Made by a program: the position numbers and the translations under genes. The notes under the pieces are model-generated. The model had not been told where the DNA came from, did not search any database, and worked only from the letters and a program-made list of their open reading frames with translations. Below, piece by piece: positions 42,801 through 54,849 of a stretch of DNA of 64,000 bases (positions are counted from its first letter, which is position 1; each line of letters starts with the position of its first letter). The stretch is from Leucoraja erinacea (lineage: Eukaryota), in contig NC_073411.1 in NCBI RefSeq assembly GCF_028641065.1, positions 13,392,001-13,456,000 on the forward strand, in the 5' to 3' direction.

Positions 42801-45800
42801 GGCTGAAGAGTCCCGACCCAAAATATATTCTGTCCACAGCCACCACACATGCTGCCTGACCCCCTGAGTTCCTCCAGCACTTTGTGTTTTGCTCAAGATT
42901 CCAACATCTGCAGTTCCATCTCTCAGATCATAGTAATTAATTCGATTACCAAGTGGCAAAAAAGAAGGCTCATTTTTTGTTGCTCCTGACAACCCAGATG
43001 TGAAAACTCTTAATGTTGTAACCAATTCACTGCAACCGACATTGCACCACACACAGAAAGCAGGCTTTAAACGCCAACATTACACCTACTTCATGCCTGC
43101 TTGTGTCGCTGCCCCCGACTGTCAGAGTAATTACTGTATAAACCGCTGCAACATGGAAAATTGCAACATTTCCTTTCCACAACTCTGGAGAACGGTTGCT
43201 ACTGCAATCGTTCCCCCCGTTCCAACCGACAGGACTTTGGAAGCTTGACCTTGCCTCATTCGAGTTTAGTTTGGGAAAGTTTATTCTCAATTTAAAGCCT
43301 TAAGGAGTTCAAAATATCTCCATGATGATAGATTGGACAGCCTCAGATCATGAGTGCATTGTGAAAGGTTTGTTCTGACAGGAAATAAAGAAATACCAGC
43401 TGTGGTCTAAACACTGACTCATCCAACCATGGGCCCAAAGCCTNNNNNNNNNNNNNNNNNNNNNNNNNNNNNNNNNNNNNNNNNNNNNNNNNNNNNNNNN
43501 NNNNNNNNNNNNNNNNNNNNNNNNNNNNNNNNNNNNNNNNNNNNNNNNNNNNNNNNNNNNNNNNNNNNNNNNNNNNNNCACAACGATGTTCTCTGCTCTC
43601 CCGTGTAGCTCTCGTCACTCTAGGTCCCAGGAACATCCTCTATAGGCAGGGGCAATCTCAGTTGTGATGGACTCAAGTTTACAATTCAGGTGCCAAACGT
43701 GCAGACAGAGAACAAAGACTCCTCCACCTGCCCTCGGTTGCAGACCAGGCACGATACACGGCTCCCTCTGTCACCAAGGCTGGCCACCTGACAAAATGCA
43801 GTACGTAGAATGCGCAGTCATGGCAGTGTGCAGGATCCGTGACCAAACTAGCAATCTAGAAATCAGTTTCATTTGCATTCCCACCATGCATAAACCTTTG
43901 TTAAAGCAACAATATCAGCAATGATAACCACGAGATCACCACAATGGCGTGTGGTCCAGCCAGCCGACCCACACCAACACAAGCAACCCTCTGTACCTTC
44001 CACAAACTGCCTCACGTCTATGTTAAAACCTCGCCGTAGGTACAATGGTCAGACCACCAACCCCAGCACCAGACACGGATACGGAAAACTTGGTCACTAC
44101 TAAAGACCTCCTTACAAACATCTGGGGACAGGTGTCTAGATTACAAACATCTGGGGACAGGTGTAAATATCCGGGGACAGGTGTCTAGATTAGTATCACT
44201 TGTCATGTCAAACTCACAGGCAACATGCAGAACCTCTTTACCGCGGGTGGGGCCACAGTCAGAGCCATCACACGTGGTGGTCCAGCTAACCCTCAACACT
44301 GCCTTGTACCCCAGCTCTACTGCCTTTAGATGAAAGGTGAACAGAAACCTGGTGTTAACCGCTCAGCTGATGGATAAATAATGAATGCTGAACATCAGTG
44401 ATACGAACAGAGGGGATTTCATGGTAGTTTATTGTTACTTGTACTGAGGTACGGTGAAAGGCTTTCTTGTTGGGATTCTAGCTGATGGACTTCAATATTC
44501 AATAGACATAGCACCAGTGCACATCCGCCACGTGCCAGATGAGGTCTGTGGTGAGTGAACAGTCACAGAATGAATGGGAGGTAGGCAAAAGTGCTGGAGA
44601 AACTCAGCGGGTGCAGCAGCATCAATGGAGGTAAGGAAATAGACCCTAGGGATTTGGCCCGAAACGTTGCCTATTTCCTTCGCCCCATCGATGCTGCTGC
44701 ACCCGCTGAGTTTCTCCAGCACTTTTGTCAACCTTCGATTTTCCAGCATCTGCAGTTCCTCCTTAAACAAAATGAATGGGCACAGCCCTGGTGGGGACTG
44801 ATGTCCCAATTCCACATCTCTACCCTGTTGCGAGGCACAAACCACACAGCAAGTGCCATGAATTCAGCAGACATCCAAGTTCCCACAACAGCTTCCATGG
44901 GCACCAGCATTGTTTTCCCACTGCAACCATTAACCTCACAGCCCAGTATATCCTTGCTCCCACCCTGATTACCATGAAGCCACACAAGCACCCTGGTTCA
45001 CCAGGATCACCAGAGGGAGATGCCATCGTGCAGATTCACAGCAAGAGCAGCATGCAGGAGACAGAGCTCCGTGTCGCAAACAACAACGGCTCCGACCAAA
45101 CCTCAGTGGCCTTACCCTTCCAGCCGTGAAAGATGGCGGGCAATTTAACACCCGTGGCAGCAGCTCCAAAGAAATGGTGGGCAGTTCAGCAGGGAAGTGG
45201 CATGGCGACTGCAAAGCCTTTCCAATCGTGTTTAGCCAGAAACGCTGAGTCTATGATCCATTGCAATTTCTTCATGATAGTTCATGATAATATTCTATAC
45301 TCCACAACCTCCTCTCCCCTCAAACCCATCCCTCCACCACCCAAACCACCCTGCCAACTCTCTTCACCCCTCACTTCCCCATCCCCACACCCTCCCTCAT
45401 GTTTGTCCTGCCCTGGTCCTCACCCTCCCCATGGTCCTCCCATCTCCCCGCTCCTGGTCCATCCACCGCCTCCACTATGGTCCTCCCAAACACCCCCCCC
45501 CCCTTCCCCTCCTCTCAGGGTCCTCCCCCCCCCCCCATGGTCCTCCCACCTCTTCCTCTATGGTCCTCCCAAAAATACCCCCCCCCCCCCCAGGGTCCTC
45601 CCACCCCTTCCTCTATGGTCCTCCCAAACCCCCCCCCCCCCCTCTCCCTCCCACCCTCATGGTCCTCCCACCCCTTCCTCTATGGTCCTCCAAAACACTC
45701 CCTCCCCCCTTCCCCCCCATGGTCCTCCCCCACCCCCACCTCCTCCTCCTCGGGCGCTTCACCTCCTATTTCCGCCGGGTGACCTTCAGGCCCGGGCCTA

Positions 45801-45961
45801 CCAGCGCCGCCTCAGCCCGCGCTTCACTTACCGCCCGAGGCCATCCCCCGAATGTGTTTGCGGCCCATAGCCAGGGCAGAGCCGGGGGCTCGAGTAGCCA
45901 CCAGGCCCAGGCCCCGCCGCCCGCCGAGCAAACCCAACACCGCCGCTGCCCGAGCCGCCAT
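39883..45961 (-). CDS. COX5B: Cytochrome c oxidase subunit 5B, mitochondrial; 4 exons, 135 aa
   Basis: Minus-strand exons 45961-45832, 41832-41762, 41043-40944 and 39989-39883 give [135 protein letters not shown]. It has an Arg-rich presequence, the [11 protein letters not shown] motif and zinc-binding CxC...CxxC. The ORF track misses it because the exons are short. Confidence 0.96.
42041..42068 (+). ncRNA. Minimal hammerhead ribozyme core (antisense in COX5B intron 1)
   Basis: CTGAAGA-A-GGGTC(TC)GACCT-GAAA-CGTC. Confidence 0.55.
42090..42711. mobile_element. hAT (Charlie-like) MITE in COX5B intron 1
   Basis: TIR CAGTGGTTCCCAA / TTGGGAACCACTG with 8-bp TSD (C/G)TCTAGAG. It splits a Penelope-derived repeat. 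Confidence 0.8.
43444..43578. other. Assembly gap (135 N) inside COX5B intron 1
   Basis: Run of N. Confidence 1.
44579..44766. mobile_element. Penelope-derived fold-back insertion
   Basis: Inverted arms. TSD ACA(G/A)AATGAATGGG at 44565-44578 and 44767-44780. Confidence 0.75.
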
Positions 45962-46375
45962 CTTGCACCTCGCACCGCGACACGTGACCTCCCCCTCCCG
46001 GGGGCGGGGCCTCAGCGCGGTCACGTGCCCCGCCCAAGCTCCCGTCGTTACGTCACCGAATTGGTGGACGTCATCACGTAACCCGCCCGCCCGGCGCGCG
46101 TCGTTACGTCATCGGCTCTCCCTTACCCCGCCCGACGTCACGTCAACAGCCCAGCGTTGCGTCACCGGATTGGTGGACGTAATCACGTAAACCGCCCGGC
46201 GCGCGTCGTTACGTCAGCGGCTCTCCCTTACCCCGCCCGACGTCACGTCAACAGCCCAGCGTTGCGTCACTAACTTGGAGCACGTGACCCGCCGCCCAAC
46301 GTCAGACTAGGCCGCGCCCTCCCGCCTCGGTTGCCCAGCGACGGGCGGCGCCGGGCCTAGTGCGGCCCACAGCCT
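45760..46375 (-). promoter_or_regulatory. COX5B CpG-island promoter
   Basis: Very CpG-dense. A YY1 motif (AAGATGGCGGC) overlaps the start codon. Also present: E-boxes (CACGTG, three copies), several CRE/ATF-like sites (TTACGTCA, GACGTCA), CCAAT boxes (ATTGG), GC boxes and an RFX-like GTTGCCCAGCGAC near 46330. Confidence 0.8.
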
Positions 46376-46491
46376 TACTATATTCTGTTGTGCTGAAGCA
46401 AAGCAAGAATGTCATTGTCCTGTCAGGGCCACATGACAATAAACTCTCTTGAATCTTGAGGTTCACTTGCATAGAAACATAGGCACACCAG

Positions 46492-47012
46492 ATTCAGATT
46501 CAAACTTTATTGTCATTGTGCAGTGTACAGTACAGAGACATCGAAATACAGTTAGCATCTCCCTAGAAGAGAGAACATAGAATATGAGCAATAAATAAAT
46601 ATATTTACGTGCATAGAGTCATAGTAGTGCAATTATTTTGTTCCTGGTGGAAGGAGTGTCCGGTGGGGCGGGCTGATTGGCAGTCACCGAGGTACGTTGT
46701 TGAGTAGTGTAACAGCCACAGGGAAGAAGCTGTTCCTGGACCTGCTGGTCCGGCAATGGAGAGACCTGTAGCGCCTCCCGGATGGTAGGAGGGTAAACGG
46801 TCTGTAGTTGGGGTGAGAGCAGTCCTTGGCGATGCTGAGCGCCCTTCGCAGACAACGCTTGCTCTGGACAGACTCAATGGAGGGGAGCGAGGAACCGGTG
46901 ATGCATTGGGAAATTTTCACCACCCTCTGCAGTGCTTTCCGGTCGGAGACAGAGCAGTTGCCATACAGTTGTGATACAGTTGGTAAGGATGCTCTCGATG
47001 ATGCAGTGGTGC
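46492..47012 (-). mobile_element. Rex1/Babar LINE 3' fragment
   Basis: CIIESILTNCIT..YGNCSVSDRKALQRVVK...[23 protein letters not shown]. Related pieces lie at about 4850-5300, 28255-28690, 34500-34760 and 57470-57810. Confidence 0.85.
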
Positions 47013-47373
47013 ACACAGAAACTAGGTGTAGGACAGGAGTAGGCTATTTGGCCCTTCCAGCCACCACCCCCATTCAATATGATCATGGCTGATCATCCAC
47101 AATCAGTACCCCGGTTTCGGCCCGAAACGTTGCCTATTTCCTTCGCTCCATAGATGCTGCTGCACCCGCTGAGTTTCTCCAGCATTTTTGTGTACCTTCG
47201 ATTTTCCAGCATCTGCAGTTCCTTCCTAAATACATCAGTACCCCTTTCCTGCTTTCTCCCCATATCCCTTGATTCATTTAGCCCGAAGAGCTAAATCTAA
47301 CTCTCTCTTGAAAACATCCAGTGAATTGGCCTCCACTGCCTACTGTGGCAGAGAATTCCACAGATTCACAACT

Positions 47374-48160
47374 CCTCCAACCTCATCTACTGTAGCCGCT
47401 GTTCCAGGTGAGACCAAGCGCAGGCTCGGCGATGGTTTCGCCGAACACCTCCGCTCAGTCCGGCTACTAAACCTAATGGACAATAGAGGAGCCGGCGTGG
47501 GGGGACCGTTGTGGAGGGGGGGAGAGAGGGAAGAACAACGGGGGACATGGCACGGGGGTACTTTGTAACTTAGTAATCACCCTTTATGTGTCGACTATTT
47601 GCATATCTTGGGTGTGCAAGCAAAGAATTTCACTGTGAATTGTCACATGTGACAATAAAGTATTCATTCACCTCCTGATTGCCAACACTTCAACTCCCCT
47701 TCCCATTCCCACAAAGGGCCGAGATGGCCTGTTTCCGTGCTGTAATTGTTATATGGTTATATGACCTTTCTGTCCTGGGCCTCCTCCACTGTCAGAGCAT
47801 AGTTCACTTGCGCAGCTTACACCCCAGCGGTATGAACATTGACCTCTCTAACTTCAAGTAATCCTTGCTTTCCCTCTCCATCCGTCCCGCATCCGAGTTC
47901 TCCGACCAGTCTGACTGTCCTCCTGATTCATTTTTATCTCTGTATGTTTCGTTGTCACCTTCTCCTAGGTAACAATAAGCTGCTCTACAATTTCCTTGTT
48001 ACATCCCCTTTGATGTCTTGGTTTCACAACTTACACTTCCTTATCTCCGTATCTCCTCCTCCCACGACTCAGCGTGAAAAAGGGTATTGACCCGAAACGT
48101 CACCCATTCCTATCCGGAGATGCTGCCTGTCCCACAGGGTTACTCCAGCTTTTTGTGTCT
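47374..48160 (+). mobile_element. Degenerate Penelope-like retroelement 3' part (GIY-YIG endonuclease remnant plus terminal repeat)
   Basis: Peptide remnants SNLIYC..RC, GETKRRLGDGFAEHLRSV, HFNSPSHSH and DLSVLGLLHCQS...SLHPSGMNIDLSNFK* (stop at 47861). They are followed by a pyrimidine-rich tract and a decayed hammerhead-like motif at about 48073-48102. A further piece, AQCKLEEQNLIFRLG, lies at about 48451-48496. Confidence 0.8.
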
Positions 48161-50504
48161 AATGTTTGAGAAGGAACTGCAGATGCTGGAAAATCGAAGG
48201 TACACAAAAATGCTGGAGAAACTCAGCGGGTGCAGCAGCATCTATGGAGCGAAGGAAATAGGCAACGTTTTGGGCCGAAACCCTTCTTCAGTCTGATGGG
48301 GTGTTTCACTTAGACCAATCTTGGCTAAAAGACAACAAATATCACTTGAAATCTAGAATTGGAAGAGATTAATTAACCTGAGATGATGCTCTTTGCTTTT
48401 AACATTGGCGCCAGAGTGGAATGTGTTCTCGACATTGAACTATTCAGACAGGCCCAGTGCAAATTGGAGGAACAGAACCTCATATTTCGCTTGGGTGATA
48501 TCAATGCCGAACAAGATGCCAGATTAAACTAGTCTCTTCTGCCTGTCCCATACCACTCCATCGTCTGAATCCCGACGATCCGTGGCCTATCCCCAACGGC
48601 AGGCGTGGTTCGGGCACCACTGAGACCCGGGTTCGATCCTGACTCTCGGTGCAGTCTCTATGGAGTTTGTATGTTCTCCATGTGACTGCCTGGGTTTTCT
48701 CCAAGATCTACGGTTTCCTCCCACACTCCAAAGATGTATGAGTTTGTAGGTTAATTGGCTTGGTATAAGTGTAAATTGTCCCTAGTAGTAGGACAGAGTT
48801 AATGTGCGGGCATCACTGGTCGGTGCGGACTCGGTGGGCTGAAGGGCCTGTTTCCAAGCTGTATCTGTAAACTAAAAAAAAAAAATATATATATATAAGG
48901 TTGGGTCTCTTCCTCATCCAGCAAACAAGAGAGAGAAAAATAGTTTTGCACTATTATGGTGATGGTCTGGTTATGCAGTATTACTGATTATTAATTTCCT
49001 GACATCGATTATCGTATATTTGTTTGTGTATTTTGCATTAACGGGTCTGTTAAGCTGCAGCAAGTCGCAATTTAATTGTTCCCTTGCCAAGTTCATATGA
49101 CAATTAAAAACTCTTGACTCTCGATAAATGAGTGCAGGCATCACTTTTCCGAAGGCCTGGACAGGGTGGCTGGGGCAATATTCACCTCCATGGGCAAGGG
49201 GAGGGGTAACAGATCCCCTCTGCGGGTGAGGGGTGTGCGGGGCCGAGACTCAGTCCCCCCCAATGACAAGGGGCTGGTGGTGGGAATGAGGGGAGGGGTT
49301 CCATATCTCCATCCACACAAAGGCCGTCATTGTATACAGCTTAAACTGGCAGCTCGTTCCAGATACAGACTACCCTCCAAGTGAAAAGGTTGCCCCTGAT
49401 GTCCCTTCTTAAATCTCTCCCCTCTCACCATAAGCATGTGCCCTCTAATTTTAGACCCCGGGGAAACGAGTGTGAATGTTCCACATTAGACAATAGACAA
49501 TAGACAGTAGGTGCAGGAGTAGGCCATTTGGCCCTTCGAGCCAGCACCGCAATTCAATGTGATCATCCCTAATCCGTACCTCGTTCCTGCCTTCTCCCCA
49601 TATCCCGACTCCGCTATTTTTTAAGAGCCCTATCTAGCTCTCTCTTGAAAGCATCCGGAGAACTGGCCCCCACCGAGGCAGATAATTCCACAGACTCACC
49701 ACTCTCTGTGAGAAAAAGTGTTTCCTCGTCTCCGTTCTAAATGGCTTACTCCTTATTCTTAAACTGTAGCCCCTGGTTCTGGACTCCCCCAACATGGGGA
49801 ACATGTTTCCTGCCTCTAGTGTGTCCAAGCCCTTAACAATCTTATATGTTTCCACATTATCCATGAGGGTGAAGGAGATGGAGGAAAGGGTTTATCCCTC
49901 ATGAGAGGTGCAGGCTGATCTTCAGGGACAAGATTCATGGAGCATTACAACAGTTCCCTCCCTCCACACCGACCAAGGTGCCCATCTAAGCTAGTCCCAA
50001 TTGTAAGTAGTAAGTCCAAAAAGTAAGGAGCCTTGTGTGTGTAGGAAGGAACTACAGATGCTGGTTTAAATCGAAGATGGAATAAAAATGCTGGAGCAAC
50101 TCAGCGGGACAGGCAGCATCGACCCGAAATGTCACCCATTCCTCCTCTCCATTGATGCTGCCTGTCCCGCTGAGATACTCCAGCATTTTGTGTCTATCTT
50201 CGGTTTAAACCAGCACCTGCAGTTCCTTCCTACACACACATGGTCCATGTTTGATCAATTTCCCTCTGAAGGGTGTGATTCCATTGGAAAGGGCGCAGAG
50301 GAGATTCACCAGGATGTTACCCGGGCCTGAGAGGTTGGACAGGCTGGGCCTTCTTAGGAGGCTGAGGCGTCGTGACCTTATTGAGGTGCACAAGATCATG
50401 AGGGGCACGGTGGAGGTGAACAGTCTTCACCCTACCATAGGTAGACAAAAATGCTGGAGAAACTCAGCGGGTGCGGCAGCATCTGTGGAGCGAAGGAAAT
50501 AGGC

Positions 50505-50532
50505 AACGTTTCGGGCCGAAACCCTTCTTCAG
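50505..50532 (-). ncRNA. Minimal hammerhead ribozyme core, second subfamily
   Basis: The minus strand reads CTGAAGA-A-GGGT(TTCG)GCCC-GAAA-CGTT, with a UUCG-capped stem II and a GUU triplet. Confidence 0.65.
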
Positions 50533-51399
50533 AATTATTTTGATTTTCCAGCATCTGCAGTTCCTTCATGACCATTCCACCCTCCCACAGTTACCCGACC
50601 AGACACAACTAAATTGAAGGTAGCTCTTTTTTCCCCCCAAGAACCCTCTTTTGCTTAAGTCCACCCTCCACCACCTCCAGTTTAAATTCCATTTGGAATA
50701 TTTTTGGAGGACCAGGAAACCAAGAACCAAGAACACTCACAGTCTTTTTCTCCAGCGTAGAGGATTCCAAACTAGAGGGCACAGGCTTCAGGTGAAAGGG
50801 GAGAGATTTAAGAGAAACCTCAGGGGCAACATTTTCACTCAGAGGAGGCGTCTATATCTGGGGCAAGCTGTCAGAGGAAGCTGTTGAAACAGGTTCAATA
50901 ACGACTTTTATTTGGACCGAGGTACTGATGGGAAGGATTTAGAGAGAGGCGGGGGAACTGCAGATGCTGGAATCTTCAGTAAAAAAACCCCACAAAAGTG
51001 CTGGAGTAACTCAGTGGGACAGGCAGCTTCTCTGGGGAAAAAGGATAAGTGTCGTTTTGGGTCGGGACATTTCTTAAGACTGAAGAAGGGTCCCAATCTA
51101 AAACCCATCCATGTCCTCCAGAGATGCTGCCTGGCCCGCTGAGTTACTCCAGTACTTTGTCTCTTTTTACCCAAGGATTGAGAGGGATATGGGCCAAATG
51201 GTACTTCTAGCCCAGAATGGCAACCTGGTTAGCATGGACAAGATGGGCCGAAGGGCCTTTGTCTACGAACTGGAGGAGGGGGGATTATTTTCACTGTCTG
51301 AAGCAGATTGGTGGGTCTTTAAGAGGCTGGCTGCTGGAAGGGGGGTGGGGATTGGAGACGGAGGGAGGTGTTTACCCGCTCAGGGGGCGTCTCGCTGCC

Positions 51400-51700
51400 C
51401 GGTGCCCGGTGCCCGGTGCGTGGGCTACAACAAGCCGGGCTCGGTGGCTGCAGGGTCCGTTCAGCGGGGAGCGGGGCCAGGCCAGGCCGGGCAGAGAGAG
51501 CTCCAACCCCGGTCCTCAGGGACCCTGCGCCCGCACCGTGCACGCACACTGCGGCGTCCGAGTCTACACACACACACACACACCGTGTCCGCTCCCTCTC
51601 CCTCTCCCTCTCCCTCTCCGCCCTGGGAACCCGCGCAGACCGCACCTTCCAGTAGAAGAAGCCGCCGCCGCCGACTCTCGGAGCCGGGACACCTCGGCAG
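51400..51700 (+). promoter_or_regulatory. CpG-rich promoter and probable non-coding exon 1 of the NPY receptor
   Basis: Local CpG enrichment at about 51380-51920, with a consensus donor CAG|GTAAGG at 51700/51701. A matching polypyrimidine acceptor (ctttgctcttcccactcag|) at 53565/53566 lies 165 nt upstream of the ATG. Confidence 0.6.
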
Positions 51701-52389
51701 GTAAGGATACTGCAGTGGATGTGTTGTGTACAGCCTCGACGGGCCGATCGGCCTCCCCCTGCCCCTGCCCCTCCCGGGCGACCGAGGCGTCCTTCTGCTA
51801 CCCTGGAATGTGTTTATTGATGGGACGAATGGCCTCCCGGTCTTATTTAATGACGGTGGGGGCTAGTATCGGCTCTTCCTGCGAAATGGGGCGGAAAGGC
51901 CGCCTCCTATCCCCGAGTGACGGGCTCAGAGAGAGGAATGGACTCCTGGTGCTGCCGTGCTACAATTTGAAGTGAGGCCATTTGGCCGATCTAGTCGATG
52001 ATAGCCCTTTGCAGAGTGCTGGTCTGTTCCATTTCCTGCCTATTCTCTGCAGCTCTTTGAATAAATTTCTCTCGATTCTCCTTAAAAAAAACCTGAAGTC
52101 AACAGAGACTGCAGATGTTGGAACTAAAACAAACACATTCATAGAACAGTGCAGCACAAGAACAGGCCCTTCAGCCCACAATGTCCATGCCGAACCTGTT
52201 GCCAAGACCATCACATATCTACCTGCACTTAATCCATGTCCCTCTGAAGAAGGGTCTCGACCCAAAACGTGCCCCACATATTTTCTTTAAACCTTGTTCC
52301 TCTCACCTTAAAGATCCTTTAGTATTTAGTTCCATCCTGTCCTTGTGGGCAATGATACCATGTCTAAAAACATATCCTCACATTTCAGT

Positions 52390-52417
52390 CTGAAGAAGGG
52401 TCTCGACCCGAAACGTC
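52390..52417 (+). ncRNA. Minimal hammerhead ribozyme core (Penelope-associated), intact copy
   Basis: CTGAAGA-A-GGGTC(TC)GACCC-GAAA-CGTC: CUGANGA box, stem II, GAAA box, palindromic ACGT stem III and GUC cleavage triplet. Confidence 0.7.
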
Positions 52418-52845
52418 ACCTATTTCCTTCGCTCCATAGATGCTGCCTCACCCGCTGAGTTTCCCCTTCATTTTTGTCCACCACACATTTCCCCTGCATC
52501 TTTCAAACATCACTTTAAATGTCTGAAGAAGGGTCTAGACCTGATGTATTCAAGAGAGAGTTAGATTTAGCTCTTAGGGCGAAAGGAAGCAAGGGATATG
52601 GGGGAGAAAGCAGGAACAGGGGGACTGATTTTGGATGATCAGCCATGATCATATTGAATGGCGGTGCTGGCTCGAAGGGCTGAATGGCCTACTCCTGCAC
52701 GTATTTTCTATGTTTCGATGAAACATCACCCGTTCCTTCTCTCCAGAGATGCTGCCTGTCCCGCTGAGTTACTCCAGCATTTTCTGTCTATCTTCAGTGT
52801 AAACCAGCATCTGCAGTTCCTTCTAACACACTTTAAATGTAATAT

Positions 52846-52997
52846 GGTGGACAAAAAACTGGAGAAACTCAGCGGGTGAGGCAGCATCTATGATCTATGA
52901 TCTATGCAGCATTCATAGATGCTGCCTCAACCGCTGTCTTTCTCCAGGTTTTTGTCTACCTTCGATTTTTCCAGCATCTGCAGTTCTTTCTTAATCA
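52846..52997. mobile_element. Penelope-derived fold-back insertion
   Basis: Inverted arms with (TCTATGA)n at the turn. TSD TTAAATGTAATAT at 52833-52845 and 52998-53010. Confidence 0.75.
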
Positions 52998-53730
52998 TTA
53001 AATGTAATATTGAGTCATACACGACACAAACACATGGGCACATCAGTCCAGAGAGAGTCTGTACTCACATTCAAATTTACACAAATCCCACCAATAACAT
53101 CATTAACTCCATGCAAGCCTGCTAACTCCACGCAGAGAGCACCCGAGGTTAGGATCAAATCGGATTTAGATAAAAACATAGAAAATAGGTGCAGGGGGAG
53201 GCCATTTGGCCCTTCGAGCCAGCACCGCCATTCATTGTGATCATGGCTGATCATCCCCTATCAATAACCCGTGCCTGCCTTCTCCCCATATCCCTTGACT
53301 CCACCAGCTCCAAGAGCTCTATCTAACTCTCTCTTAAATCCATCCAGTGACTTGGCCTCCATTGCCCTCTGTGGCAGGGAATTCCACAAATTCACAACTC
53401 TCTGGGTGAAAAAGTTTCTTCTCACCTCAGTCTTAAATGGCCTCCCCTTTATTCTAAGACTGTGTATGGCCCCTGGTTCTGGACTCGCCCAACGTTGGGA
53501 ACATGTCTGTGGACCTGCCTCTTGTGAATCGGGAATAACTGACTGCCTTTGCTCTTCCCACTCAGGAGATCCCACCCAGATGTTGGGGAGACGACAGACA
53601 CGGTGGTGAGGGCCTGTCCGCGGGCGCTCTTGCTTCAGGTGAAGAGGAGGCGGTGTGGGAGATGGGCTGAAGGACAGACGGAGGGTCGGACGGAGGCCAG
53701 TGGAGGACGATCCGCTCACCGGCCGGGAGG

Positions 53731-54849
53731 ATGGATTGGAGGTTGAACATAACGGGCAGGTTTGGGAGGGTCTCCTGGCTGAACTCCTCGCTGCTGATGG
53801 AGAGCTTCCCCCTCTGCCCAGACTCTCTCAGTAGCACCACCTTCCTGCTCCTGGCCTACAGCGCCATCATGGCGGTGGGCGTGGTCGGCAACACCTGCCT
53901 GGTGCTGGTCATTACTCGGCAGAAGGAGATGCGTAACGTCACCAATGTCCTCATCGCCAACCTCTCCTGCTCGGACATTCTCGTCTCTCTCATCTGCCTG
54001 CCGGTTACTGTCATCTACACTATGATGGACCGCTGGATCTTGGGCTCGCTGCTCTGCAAGCTGACCCCGTTTGTGCAGTGTACCTCCATCACCGTCTCTG
54101 TCCTCTCCCTGGTCCTCATCGCCCTAGAGAGGCACCAACTCATCATCCACCCCACGGGCTGGAAGCCAGCGGTGGGACATGCCTATCTGGCGGTTGTCCT
54201 CAGCTGGCTGGTGGGCTGCTTCATCTCGTTGCCCTTGGTGTCATTCAACGTCTTGACCAGCGAGCCCTACACCAACATCTCCTTCCTCCCGGACAGCGTG
54301 GCTGACCAGGTGGCTTGCGTGGAGCACTGGTCGTCTGAGGGGCAGAAACTAGCCTACACCACCAGCCTCCTTGTCTTCCAGTACGGCCTCCCGCTGCTCC
54401 TCATGCTCACCTGCTACTTCCGCATCTTCCTCAGGCTGCGGCGGCGCAAGGAGATGGTGGACCGGCCACGGGGTGACCGTCACCACAAGGTCAGTCACAG
54501 CCGCAGGGTCAACATCATGCTGGCCTCCATCGTGGTGGCCTTTGGCCTCTGCTGGATGCCCCTCACCGTCTTTAACACCGTCTACGACTGGGACTACGAG
54601 GCCATATCCATCTGCCACCACAACCTCATCTTCTCCCTCTGCCACCTGACGGCCATGTTGTCCACCTGCGTCAACCCCGTCATCTACGGCTTCCTCAACG
54701 CCAACTTCCAGAAGGAGGTGAAGGCCATGTTGTACCAGTGTCGTTGCAGTGGCCCCAGGGAGAGGTACGAGACCTTCCCCCTCTCCACCGTCAATACTGA
54801 GCTCTCCAAAGCCTCCCTGCACCTGGGCTGCACCAACAACAATGTCTGA
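53731..54849 (+). CDS. NPY8R: Neuropeptide Y receptor of the Y1 subfamily, most like Y8 (intronless class A GPCR, 372 aa)
   Basis: Seven hydrophobic segments with GN (TM1), [14 protein letters not shown] (TM2), [16 protein letters not shown] (TM3/ICL2), CWMP (TM6) and [20 protein letters not shown] (TM7). Strong Kozak context (gggaggATGG). [19 protein letters not shown] and HPTGWKP match my recollection of fish Y8 rather than Y1, Y4 or Y6. Confidence 0.85.
   Translation: MDWRLNITGRFGRVSWLNSSLLMESFPLCPDSLSSTTFLLLAYSAIMAVGVVGNTCLVLVITRQKEMRNVTNVLIANLSCSDILVSLICLPVTVIYTMMDRWILGSLLCKLTPFVQCTSITVSVLSLVLIALERHQLIIHPTGWKPAVGHAYLAVVLSWLVGCFISLPLVSFNVLTSEPYTNISFLPDSVADQVACVEHWSSEGQKLAYTTSLLVFQYGLPLLLMLTCYFRIFLRLRRRKEMVDRPRGDRHHKVSHSRRVNIMLASIVVAFGLCWMPLTVFNTVYDWDYEAISICHHNLIFSLCHLTAMLSTCVNPVIYGFLNANFQKEVKAMLYQCRCSGPRERYETFPLSTVNTELSKASLHLGCTNNNV

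Noticed and set aside
45133-46081. Plus-strand 245/265-aa proline-rich ORFs
   Set aside because: They come from a C-rich repeat in COX5B intron 1 and the antisense of COX5B exon 1.
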